This document shows positions 13,181-25,500 of a stretch of DNA of 64,000 bases, piece by piece (within the stretch, counting starts at the first letter, position 1; each line of letters starts with the position of its first letter). The notes below the pieces were generated by a model. That model was not told the origin of the DNA, ran no database searches, and saw only the letters and a list, made by a program, of their open reading frames with translations. The stretch covers positions 13,084,001-13,148,000 of the forward strand of contig NC_045697.1 of the NCBI RefSeq assembly GCF_009834535.1. The letters are read 5' to 3'. This stretch comes from Camelus ferus (taxonomy: Eukaryota). The position numbers and the translations under genes are program-made.

Positions 13181-16100
13181 ATCAAGTATGATTTTCTCAT
13201 TTGAATTTTTAATTTTATTTCATAAACCTGGAAGCCAGGATTAAATTAAATTTTTTAAAAAGTAGTCTAATAAGAGGAAAAATTTGGTGATGAAATATTT
13301 TTCAAATACATGTGAATCCTATTGAAGTATTTGTTTCTATCCAATAAAAATAGTCCATTATACTTATTCAATGGAGAAAAATACTCTTAGCATCATAGAA
13401 TTTAGGCAAGCACTAAAAGATAAAAAAAAAATCAAATTGAATCTTGCAAATAAGTCTAAATAAATTACAACAGATGGACTACCTCTCTGTCTCTCTTTCA
13501 AAGCTATTTTGCAAAAAACTCCATGTACTCCTCTGTGTGTTTTTTGTGTATTTTCCATAGGTTCTCCACCATATATGTATTTGATTTTTATGAAGTAGTG
13601 TTCTGTACCATGAAATTGCATTTAACCAGAGATGAAATATGCATTTTGATTTGACCCCTAAAGAGACTTGACATCATTTAATGTCCAAATATGGGTTCAG
13701 TAAGTTCTAGCAGCATCTCAGGAGCAGAGACTTGCATGCCATTTACTCACATTCTTTGTTCCCTTTGCCCTTTTTATAAATCTTTAATGTTACAAGAAAA
13801 CTTTACCACAAGACATTGCATAGGCAATCATAATTTCGTAGAGGCATTATGATCTTAAAATACTACTTCCAATAAATATATGAAGTTCTGTGAAGAATTT
13901 GACCTCTTGTGAGGAAAAAGCAGAATACAAAAAGCAGGAATGGTTTCTCTTGGATCTTAACATATTGGCCTATTTTTACCAGATGTTTTTATTTTAGTGA
14001 TTTTTTTTTTTTTGGTTCCACATAAATGACAATATTTTTTCTCCAACTGTAAAAGAATGAATATTTATGGAAAAAAATAGGTTGTGAAACATTACATTTG
14101 GCATTTCTATTCAGTGCCAAGATTTAATGATGTGGTGGGAAAGTTGCAAATTATTAATGTGTTCATTCCATTGAATGACCATAAGGTTTTCCTTTTATGG
14201 ATGAAATGTTCCCATCCCAATTTTATCTTTAAGCTTTTTTTTTTTTTTTCGTGCAAATGTGCCTCTATAAACCACATAACCCACCCAAAACAGCTAATGA
14301 TTTACATACTCCCCAGATGTTTAAAACCAGTGTAGGAAAAAAAATAGACGTAGCAAGACTAAACAATTAAATCACTAGAATTGTGACCAAGACACTCATC
14401 AGAAGACTTTTGTATTTCCTGGTAGCTTATATTTCAGGATTGTAAATTAATATTACAGCTCCTTATAACTCAGGATACGCCATGACATTTTGAGATCACT
14501 GAACCAATGCTGGTTTATACGTATTCAGATAGAGCTGCAGTTAAAATAATCAGGTGTCATAGAAGGAAAAATAAATCTCAAGCGTAACGGTACTATGGGC
14601 CTAGACTATAGCAAACGTGAGGATTATTAATTATCTATTACATTTTCACTGCTATCACATCAAGAGGATTGAGGGAGTAAAAATTATCTGAAATTTTAGA
14701 CTTGATTAGATATATATCTGATATTTAAAAATTGATATAAGACAAATTTTCAATATGTTTACTCGATACAGTTTAAGATCACAGATATCTATAATTTTCT
14801 TGTAGTAGTGCTAACTGTTATTTGATAGGGGGAGACAGAAGACGGTAGTAAGTGAGGGTGACAAGTGAAGCCTAATTAATTTTTCAAAAGTAAATCACAG
14901 AGGATGATATTATGTTTGTGCCTTCAAACATTCATGTTAGCGTTGCAGCATCTGGAAATATTGGACTTCGTGACTCATAGTAATTCAACACATAAGGAAA
15001 GAGAGCCAAACACACCAACCTCCAGTAAATTCACTTCAAAAGGGACGTTCCTTCCCAATGACCAGAATTATTCTCTCTCTCATCCAGGGAATACCCATTC
15101 TAGCCTATAGTTCGTGGGAAACTGGACTACTAGTATTTGGAATGTTGCTTGGAGGACACAGAGACAAAGCAAAAGCAAGTGGTGAGTTTGGCCAGAATGA
15201 GTGGGTTTCATTATAAGGTGACCGGAAATGAAGTCTGCTTTGAGATCACTGCTGGGGCTGGATACACTTGTTCACAGGTGAGGTTCTGACGTCGTTCTCT
15301 AGCTCTTCCAGCCAACTATATCTTTTAATTCAGTCTTTCTCCAATATAAATCATTAGTTTGCCACTTTTAAATTTACATCACAGTCCAGTTATGCCATTT
15401 AAATTATTTCTACAGCATCTACAGTGGTGTTTTGGATGTGCCCAGTGGTTTTAAACCACACATTTACAATCTCAGGTTATCATCAGATTTGTCTGATAAT
15501 ATTCAAAGTCCTGGAGAGTCGCTTTGTTTATTGGTTTATTTGTTTGATTGTTTCTTACTTATTTATTTATTTCTTGTAAGGTACCTACCCCAAGATTATC
15601 ATCTTTCTTTTTCTCTTTGAAACCACCCATTTACTTTTTCTCCATACTGTATTTCTCTTTTTTTTCCTATGTCTAGTTCTTAATAATAATGCTGCTGATG
15701 ATAATTAAGATCTACTGCCTAATTACTAGTAACTCAAATGTCACAGCCAGGATCTGAAGTCATGTTTGTATAACCCAAATGTCTGTTAATTAGTCATTGA
15801 ATAAACAAAAGCAAGCAAAATTGCCATTAAACCTATAATTATAAATAAAAATAAATAATCATAGTAAATGGTAAATATGACAAGAGTTAAATAAATATTT
15901 CTCTAATAAAATAAACATAAACAAGTAATAAATTCACAATGAAAGTGTCACTCGTTGCTTCTTTCATCTTTAGCTGAAATTCCCAAATGCTAAGCAACTT
16001 CAGGGAATAGTGTATAGGATCAGCAAACTGCACTATTGGCCCCACAATAATAGTATGATTTGGTCCTTTTTTGTCTCTCAGTGATCTTTTCAGCCATCTC

Positions 16101-16676
16101 TTACTGAATCAATTACTCCACATAAATTTTATTTCAAATCTCTTACTCTTTTTGAGCCCCCAGCTCTTCAAATTAAAAGATAATATTGATCTTACTTATT
16201 ACTCATGCAGGTACAAATGAATGAATGGTTAATCGCCGCCTAACTCCTTATATTCCACCTAGAACTTTTGCAACAAATGAATTTTCACCTTAGCGTCGGG
16301 AAATAATTTAACCTCTTTGAACCAAAGAAAGTGTACTTTTCAGAAATGACGATGAAAAGAAACAGTCCAGAATACTGAAACTAGACAAGTAAAATCATAT
16401 TTTTTAAAAAAGGAGATGAAGAGAGATTACAAAAAATAAAATAGGAAGTTCATTACCAAATCTAGGCAAAAGTGATAATAGATATTATGAATTTTACTTT
16501 ATATGTAATTGCATAGGTAAAATTATTTATTTTACATATACATTTTACATAATAACATTTTAAATTTATTAAGATTATGTATGATAGTAAAATATACCAA
16601 ATTTGAAAAATACAGTAAGGTTTAAAGCCAATAAATAAATAAATAAATAACATAAAAACCCCATCTCCCATCTCAC

Positions 16677-17179
16677 TGTGGTAGATTTGTCCAGAATCCT
16701 TTACTCACAGCTCTCCCTTGCCATTGTCACCTTGCAGAATAAACTTTTCCAGACCACTGACTTTGGACTTCTTTATGTGACTAGTTCTGGTCAATAAAAT
16801 GTACATGACTTGGTTATGATGCTTACAAGGAAGTTTTAGAAGCGCTGTGAGTTCTTGACAGTCTTCTTGCGTTCTTGGAGGGCACACTGGGCGGCATCAT
16901 TGGAACCATGTTGCCCTCTTGTGTTATTGCCCTCCACCAAAGGGAAACCCAGAAAGTGCCCTTTCAGAGGAGACCTAAATCTGATCTGCGGACTGAAGCC
17001 AAGCTCAGTGGAGACCAACTAAGATCAGCAGGACTGTGGATACTCTGGGATTCTTTGAAGTGCAATATTCAACCTTCATACAGCGTGAGTAAGAAATACA
17101 TACTTCTTGTTGTATATGTCACTAAGGCGATTTGTGTTTGTTTTTATTGCACATATGCTAGTGAATGCCGACTAATACA
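16677..17179 (+). mobile_element. MaLR solo LTR (MLT1H/I/J-like) inserted in an old L1
   Basis: TG..CA ends 'tgtggtag' and 'gactaataca'; 'atgtgactagttctggtcaataaaatgt'; 'gtgagtaagaaataca...gtcactaaggcgatttg'. Confidence 0.7.
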
Positions 17180-17789
17180 TATTTTATCCCATCTGCTTGT
17201 TCCTGCCCTAATTGGGCAGGGAGGAGAAAATCTTGGTAAAATATTTTCATGTATTTTTATACAGAAATTGTATTGCTTAAATCTCTTATTGCCTAGTTGA
17301 GGTAATATCTTGAAATACAATTTTCTAGTGTGATATTTTAATTTAACATTGTCCATGATAGGATAATTTCATATAGCATATTTGTAAATGATGAATACTA
17401 TTCCATCATATAAAAACTCCAATTTAATTACTTTATTACTAGACCACTATGTTGTTTCGATTCATAAATGACACTGGGATGAGCACCTTTGATCTTAAAC
17501 TTGTATTTTATTATAGACAGTAAGGATGTGAGAGTTTCCTAGAATGGAATTCATTTGTCAAAACAAATATATATGCTAAGTTAACCCTGCTGATGCTCAT
17601 TGTTTCTGTCATCCAGAAATTTTGAATCATTTTACCCTTCCATCACCAGTATATGAAATTTCAATTTTTGTTGTACTCTTATCAGTGTTAAGAATTGAAA
17701 TGCCTGAACATTTCTTAATTGTATAGGCATAAATGACATCTTGTTTTAATTGTGATTGGAATTTAATTTTAAAATATTGAATTACATGC

Positions 17790-18220
17790 ATTAAATGAGA
17801 AAGGACTGCTCATCAGGAGTCAGGCTGGGATTACAGTGAACAGTTTATGTCACATTAATATGCACACTGACATTGTTTACTTTGCAAGACAGCATCAAAG
17901 AAATGGTATGCAAGGGATTTCTGGAGACATAATGCATTGACATTTCGAAAAATCATTTTTCAGAGCTCTTTGTGAATGAAATTGAGAAGACGTACTTACG
18001 AATATTAAAAATAGATGCATTTGTAATAGGTTGGAGTAGTGATTTGGGTGTGGTTCCACCAAAGACTGCAAAAATTTTGAAAATCTACTTTGAGTTGTTA
18101 CAATGATTTAAAGATGCCATAGGCACTTGGTAGATGGGGGCTCGGTACGAGGCATTTCTTATATTGCATAGGATGGTTCTTCACAAAAGAAGGTTGCCCC
18201 CAATGCTGGAAACAATTTTC
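17790..18220. mobile_element. hAT-Charlie relic (Charlie4-like)
   Basis: 'gttgttacaatgatt..gatgccataggcacttggtagatggggg..ttgcataggatggttcttcacaaaagaaggttgcccccaatgc' resembles the Charlie4/MER20-type end. Confidence 0.5.
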
Positions 18221-18559
18221 CTTGAGAATCATTCGACTACAGGATACAAATAACAACTTAGATGAGCTCTATAAGATCTGTGATAAGACATTTTTCCCCC
18301 TGGTTTGTGCCTTTATCTCTTTCTTCCCTTCTGTCTTTCCCTCTACACACACAGGTGCACACACACACACACGTTTATTCACGAATTCATTTAATGACTT
18401 GAGTGGGAAAACACTGACACAAAGCTCAAACTCATAAGGAGAAAACTTTAAGAAAGAAAGAAAGAAACCAATGTCCTGGATGACAAAACAGATTCCAAAA
18501 ATATTATAAAAGACCAACCACTGAAAGTATTTTTAACAGGAAAGAAGTTAAAACAGGAA

Positions 18560-18965
18560 TAATCACCTAAGCAACAATCCAATCAGAGGTGCTGTGGGGG
18601 CAGGAGTCAGTGAGAGCCTGTTGACGTACCGGAAGTCAGGAGGTGCTAAAATTGACTTCAGGCACTGTCAGTGATCTCAGGAAGCAGGTTGTGTGAAGAT
18701 GTTTACTCAGAATTGGTTGGAAAGTTTTCTTCTGCCCTCTGCCCACCTTTCTACCAGCTCCTGCCATAGAAAAGTGGCAATGGTTTCTCTTCTTCTCGGT
18801 ATTCTACATCTCACATGAGTGCCTCTTGCAGGCAGATCCTAAGCTGTAGCTCAACTCGCCAGGAAGTCAGGGAAATGTAGTTTTCAGGTTTCAAGCCCCT
18901 GTGAAGCCACGAGGATACAGAAGGGGAGGGAATGGTACTGAGCTATCAGTAGTCAATCTGACACA
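18560..18965 (-). mobile_element. Old MaLR LTR relic
   Basis: 'ggaagtcagggaaatgtagttttcag' and a terminal 'atctgacaca' typical of old MLT1. Confidence 0.45.
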
Positions 18966-19857
18966 TCAGGCAGGATTTCCAAACTGTGTTTTCACTTTTT
19001 ATTTTGCTCTTTGAAACACAGTATTACCACACCATCTGCTGAACTTGTTTCTGTTCCTTAATTGCAGGAAATAAGAAATGTCAAAGATAGGTTCTAGATA
19101 GAATACAGTTCCTGGGATATAGATATGTTGGTGGTATGGCTAAGACGTGGAAACCAGTGTAGGAACTAGTTCCCGAAATCCCTGATTTCAGTAACATCAA
19201 TCACATGAGGACCTATTTAGAAAACTGTGGAATGTGCTTTGTCTGAGAAAAAGACAAAGCCCCTAAACATGCCTAGTATTATTAGCAGATACCAGGAGCA
19301 AGATTAAATTAGCCGGCATTACTTGACAGAAGAAAGTGAAATCCATGGGAAGCATGTAAAGCGAGAACTGCAGACGTGAGCAGCAGAGGGCTTACGTGTA
19401 CATGGAGTGGGCAGAAGGACCTTGAAAGATAAAGGGAAGTCCTCAGGAAAATGAAGGAGGTACTGGGTTGTGCGGAGATAATGATGCTGGATACAGTAGT
19501 ACAACCATAGCTGTCCTTTGTCATAAGTCACTCCTCGTGTGACTCTGCCACTCCATGATTATTAAGATGTGGTGTAGGACTTCTAATAATGTCCCTTCCA
19601 TTTTCCCAATATTCTAGTGTTTTTTTAAACTTAATGCATTCTTTACCGCATCTCTCATGGACAAATCACATTCTTTCCCTAAAACAACTCCAAATTCTGC
19701 TCTTCAACATCCAGCATGTGCTGAGCGGCATTTGTTAAAAATACAAAATAATCTCCATATTGCATCTTCAAATGACTCTATGAACCACCACATAGGTCAA
19801 GATTATAAGGCGGGGAGAGATATCAATGCATTCACAAATTCGGATTTCTTATGTTTT

Positions 19858-20192
19858 AGACTAATGGCAAAGCTTTTCTGTAAATGTCCAGAAAGTAAAT
19901 ACTTCAGGTTTGTGGTGTCGTATCTTCTCCTGCAACTACTCAGCTCTGCTGTTGCCGTCTATGCAGCAGCCACAGACAACACATAGGTGGATTGGCATGG
20001 GTGTGTTCTATAATGAAATTTTTAATTGAGAATAAAATTAAAATTTCCTATAATGTTCATGTATCACAATATTATTATTATTTTGATTTTTTTCAATCAT
20101 TTAGGAAGGGAAAAACCATTCTTAGCTCTCAGACTGTACAAAACAGGTTATAGGCTGGATTAGGCCAATAAGCCATAGTTTGCCGACACCTG
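19858..20192 (+). mobile_element. hAT MITE, MER58B-like
   Basis: 'ggcaaagcttttctgtaaatgtccagaaagtaaatacttcagg...caactactcagctctgc...gccatagtttgccgacacctg'. Confidence 0.85.
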
Positions 20193-20199
20193 CCCTTGA

Positions 20200-20745
20200 C
20201 CTACACTGTCCAGTATAGTATCTAATAGCCATATATGGTTATTGATCATTTGACATGTAGCCAGTGTGGACTAAAGGATTAAATTAGGTATTAACTTTTT
20301 ACTTTTTACTTTAAATTTCAAAAAGTAAGGATACTCAATTTAGTTACAAAATTTTAAGTGTGCTTCAAACAACTTGGGTATATAAATGTACTTTCTAATC
20401 GCAAATTTTAAGAAATATAAATAGCAATTGAGTATTTTTTATTAAAATTTAACATCTGAATTTAAACATGCTGGAAGTACATTAAATACACATCAGACTT
20501 TGAAGACTTGGTACGGAAGAAAATGTAGAACGTCATTAGTAATTTTACATTGAATACATGTCAAAATGATATTCTTTTGAACATATTGGTCTAATTCAAT
20601 TTGTCTAATTGAATAAATTTGTCTAACTAAAATATATTATGAAAGGTGCTTTTATCTGTTTCTTTTTACATTATAACGTGGCTACTAGAAAATTTACAAT
20701 TACATATGTGGCTCACGTTTTATTTCTATTGGACTAAACTACTCT
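20200..20745 (+). mobile_element. hAT Charlie1/MER33-like element
   Basis: 'ctgtccagtatagtatctaatagccatatatggttattga...gtggctactagaaaatttacaattacatatgtggctcac..tatttctattggac'. Confidence 0.8.
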
Positions 20746-21129
20746 AGATATGCAGCTAGGTTACATTTCCTGGCGTCTTTTGCAGCTTGGCGGGACTATG
20801 AGTTCAAGTTGAAAGAGTGTAGGAAGAAGTGGAATAGAACACATCTAAGCTTAGATCATCAATATTTCCATGCTTTCTCTCTTCACCCTCATGCCGACTG
20901 AATGCAGAGAACTCAAAAGAAAACGAGGAAGCTTTAGGGCATGCTGCACAAAAACGTGGATGGAACCTGAGTCCTGAGAGACTGCTTAGGGGCCAGCTGG
21001 CCCAGAGAACCACCCGATCCAATAACCCTGCTTTGAACGACAACGAGAGCAGGATATAAACTTTAATGGTGCTAAGCCACTAATCGTAATCTATTGTCTT
21101 CTGTAGTAAATATTCTGCCCTTAAAAGAA

Positions 21130-23035
21130 TACCCCATGGAGCCAGGATAGGGTACAAGGCATATATGTATCTTTCTGCTTTCAACAACTGGAATACTAGA
21201 CACACCATATAAGACAACTACTTTTTAAACGTGGAAAACTGGAGGCATTGGCCTGTGATCTCTGAAAAGGAAAACAAACACATGAAGTCCTATGTTTAAG
21301 GGAGAGAGAGAACTCTAGAAACTCATAGAGAGATCCCCTTGACAACCTGACTTATACTGATCAGTGAATGTGTGAAAGGAAACTGTCAGAGACCTGGGGG
21401 AAGCCACCTAAAAGGAGGAAAGAGAATAAATTCTAGTGCCCATGATGTGAGTTGGGGAAACTTGTGTTTCCATCATCTGTAGTGGAAGGATAAGATATAA
21501 AGTAAATGATACATGGTGTAGAATTCTCACAAGGGTATAGCCTTGGTTGAGAGGTTAATGTAGCCCTAGAATAAATGCTGCTGTGGACCAATCTGAAAGC
21601 CTTGAAATGGTCAAGCTTATTCTAAGAAATCTACTTGTGTACAAAAAACCCCACCATTTAAAGGAATAAGAAATATCCATCAACTAACAAAAAAGTTATA
21701 ATTCCAGCAAACAATAAAAATTATCAGGTATACAAAGGGGCAGGAAAATATGACCCACTCAGCATGAAAAGAAATACTCAATAGAAGCAAACCTGGAAAT
21801 GCAATAAGGATGGGACTAGAAAATATAGACGTTATGACAACTGTCATTAGATGAAGAGGAATGAATTGGGAGTTTTGGATTTGTAGATACTAACTACTAT
21901 ATTATATAACAGATAAACAACACAGTCCTATTGTATAGCACAGGCAACTATACTCAATATCTTGTAGTAACCTATAATGAAAAAATTATGGAAAAGAATA
22001 TATATGTGTGTGTAACTGAGTCATTATGTTGTATACCAGAGACTAATACAACATTGTAAATCAACTAAACTTCAATTTAAAAAAATACTGCATACATTTA
22101 ATAAGGTGGAGGAAAAGCATGATCATGATAAGATGAGAAATGGAAGGTATAAAAATATCCAATCAGAAAATCTAGAGATGAAAATTATCAAAAATGATAA
22201 ATACACTGGATGTGATTTATCACAGATTAGATACAGCAGAAAAATATCAGTTCACTTGAAGACATATCAATAAAAACCATCCAAAATAAGACAGAGAGGA
22301 AAAATATTAAAAACCCTGAGCAGCAGCAAGCTCAGGCAATAATCAGAATACTTGGAGTTCAAGAAGATGGGGGATGACATACAGAATAACAATTTTTTAA
22401 ATCCAAAGGCACATCATATACAAATTACTGAAAATAAGTTACAGAGAAATTCTGTAGACATACATAGCTTAAAAGCAAAAGTACCAAAGAAAAGATGTAC
22501 CACTCAGATAGCAATAAGAACATATGGCTGACTGAAGTGGTTAATAAGAATTAAATTACATTTCAGAACAAGAAATATTGCCAGGAATAAAGAAAAACAT
22601 TTATGATGATAAATCGGTCATTTCATTATGAGGGTATAACAACTGTAATTGTGTTTGCTTCAAACGACATGACAGAACTTGAGTAGAAAAAAGAGAGAAA
22701 GACAAAATCCGTGGGTATAGTACATGCAGAAGAAATACATAGAAAATCAGCAAAGATTTTATAGACTTGAACACAACTATTAAATAAAACTCCACTCAAC
22801 AACAGAATACATATTCTTCTGAAGTATACATGGGATACTCAATGGATAGATCACATTCTGAACCAACACCAAGTCTGAAAACATTTAAAAAGATTAATCA
22901 CATGAGGTATGTTCTCTTTCCACCATGGATTCATTAGAAATCAACAGCAGAAATATATCTGTTAAATATTTGGAATTTCACGATAGACTGCTAAACAGCC
23001 CATGAGTCAAAAATGACATCTCAAAGGAAATTACA
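21130..23035 (+). mobile_element. Old L1M 5' region to ORF2 endonuclease relic, interrupted by a younger L1
   Basis: 22845-23030 reads as a decayed EN-domain end (IDHIL..HK..L..FKKI...DH..I.LEIN...W..N..LLN..WVK..I); A-rich ORF1-like stretch upstream. Confidence 0.7.
21850..22086 (+). mobile_element. Lineage-specific L1 3'UTR fragment (older subfamily)
   Basis: 'gggagttttggatttgtagatactaactact...gtatagcacaggcaactatactcaatatcttgtagtaacctataatg...acttcaatttaaaaaaa'. Confidence 0.88.
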
Positions 23036-24839
23036 TTGGAGAGGTGGTAAGACTCTCCCTAGTTTCAAGGATGGGCAGGCGAAGTGGCCCTAAACTAATC
23101 TGATTATACCTTTATTGTATAATCAGTCATTGATTCAGAAAAGATTACATGAAAAAAGTTTATTCAGTCTGACATAATCATGGATATTGTCCTGGCGAGA
23201 CTAGAAAGGTGACTCCTTCCTTTTGCAGGTGCCATGTTGCTCCTGCCCTCATGTTATCTTGAGAAAAAAGCCGCCTGAAAAGAGAGATGATCTCAGGAAA
23301 TGAGGGCCAAGAGAAAGAGAAAAACAAGAGAGCTCTGATGATACTGTCTGAATTAATAAAATTCAGCAAAATCTGAAACTAGGACTAATTTTCATCTCTG
23401 CAGTTGTAAAAGTCAACAGAATTCCCTATTTTTAAGCCAGTACAAATTGGGTTTTTTGCCTTTGCATCAGAAAAAGTCCAAAGTAATATATTCATCAAAC
23501 CACTCCTCTTTTGTGTCTCTCCTTATAGGAGACTTATTCTCTAGCATTGCCTTTCAAAAACACATATGGCAAAACACTAAGATTCAAAATGCAGATGGAA
23601 TGAGTATTCTACCTACTTTCCCTGACCTGCATCCTGGGTCTCTAATTAAAAACATGGAGGGACTGGTGGCCAGGAGAGATGGGCAAGAGGTTAATTTCTT
23701 CATTGGCCAGACTTCTGTGGTTCAAAGCTCAGTATCACTAGAAACTGAGCCCTGTTGCAAAAGCAATTATCATTTGTTTCTTATTAGTTACATTTTCCAA
23801 CCAAATCATCTGTGCCGCAGAACAACAGTCAAGTGTCCCCAATGAGTAGCCACTAGGTTTTACTTTTTAATGCTTTTATGGGTTTAAATATAATTCCTTT
23901 GCTAACTACAGGATATTTCCTTTAATTTATTTGATTAAGCAAGCCAGGAATTGGAAAGATAATGTTTCCTAACTTCCTTTCTGATGAATAATAAATGTCA
24001 CTAAGGAATTGAATAGTAGGAGGTAGTTGCCTGGGCCATCTGCTGCATGTGGGAACAGAAGAAAGATATTAAACTTTAAATTAGGTATTGCTTCACAGAA
24101 CCTAGAAGATGAAAGAAAACACACACTAAACTGGAAGAGAATCATCAATTCCTACAAGTCAACTTGCTTCTTTGAAAGTATAAAAAGCATAGTTATCTCT
24201 TTTACTTCTTATTTGATGTGTTTTGTATTAGCTGAATTTGGAAAATCAGTAATTAGCACAACTTTTCTTCAGTTTGGTGTATCTTCAAATTTCTACAAAT
24301 AAACGTATCATTTAAAAAAAGTATACATCTGCTGGACCTCTATGAAAAAAGAAAAATACTATTTTTTAGACATGTAACACGAAACAGTCTCATTTCCATG
24401 GCAACTATATCATAGGCCAAAGGAGAGAAATAGAACATGTGTGGACAAGTACATTTACTTTAGAAATTATACACCAGGTTTTGATCACCAGCATAACAGT
24501 TAATTGTGATGAAGAAAGGCCCTCTTCATTTTTCTATATAACTATTTATAAGAAAGCAATGTATAACTATGTCCGATTTCTGATCTTTTAATGTTATTTC
24601 TGTTTAAACAAGTTGAGGAGACATTGATTTCTATGTGAGGAGTGTAAATACTGGAAAGGATGCTACAGAAATAATTTAGTGTAGTTGTTAATAGCATAGC
24701 TACAAAGTCAAGGAAAGAGTTTAGATTAAGATTGTATAGACACTTGGACAAGTTACTTGACTTTTTTACCTCTAAATTATTCATCTTTATAATGGATAAA
24801 TATTACAAATTTCCCCTAATATACATATTAGGGAAAATA

Positions 24840-25500
24840 ATGTACACATTTTGAGTGAAGGATGTGAAAAAGCAATTCAAAGGAAAAGAAATACACATAG
24901 TAAACATGTTAAAGCACTCAATTCCACTAGTGATTAAATAAAAACACATTTACCACTTTTCACACACTAAATTGAAAAAAAAAAAAACAAAAACAGTTTA
25001 GAATGTCCATGTCAGTAGAGTGGTAGGAAGGAAGGATAAGTCTCATGCTCTGTTGCTGGATGTATAATTGGAACAGTATTTTGGGAGTATTTAGCAAGTA
25101 TCCTGAGAGATTTTAAGATACATATACTCTCTCATGCATTTATTTCATGGTTATAAATCAATCTTATTGAGATACTAATGGAAATCTACAGCCATCTATA
25201 TGAAAAGGTATCTATTGCTAGACTATCTGCAGTCGTAAAAAATTGGACCAACTTACATATCAAAAGCAGATGAAGGGACAAGTACACTGAGAAATACTAT
25301 GCAGTTTAAAGACAAATGAAGTTAGTGTGTGTACAATAACATGGAAAGATGTCAATGAGATACCATTTTATTAATAAAAAAAGGGAAAACAACATATGTA
25401 ACATGACCTTCTATTTGTAACCATAAGTATACACTTGAAAAAATGTTTTAGGTTTAGTATTAAAATGTTAAAGCTAGATTAATTATAATATTATTTTATA
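24840..25500 (+). mobile_element. Ancient L1 (L1ME-like) ORF2 end/3'UTR
   Basis: 'ctctgttgctggatgtataattggaacagtattttggga', 'gaaatactatgcag', 'aacatggaaagatgtc'. Confidence 0.6.

Noticed and set aside
24808..24839. Small hairpin ccctaatat-ac-atattaggg
   Set aside because: Short AT-rich stem at a MIR/L1 junction; compatible with chance
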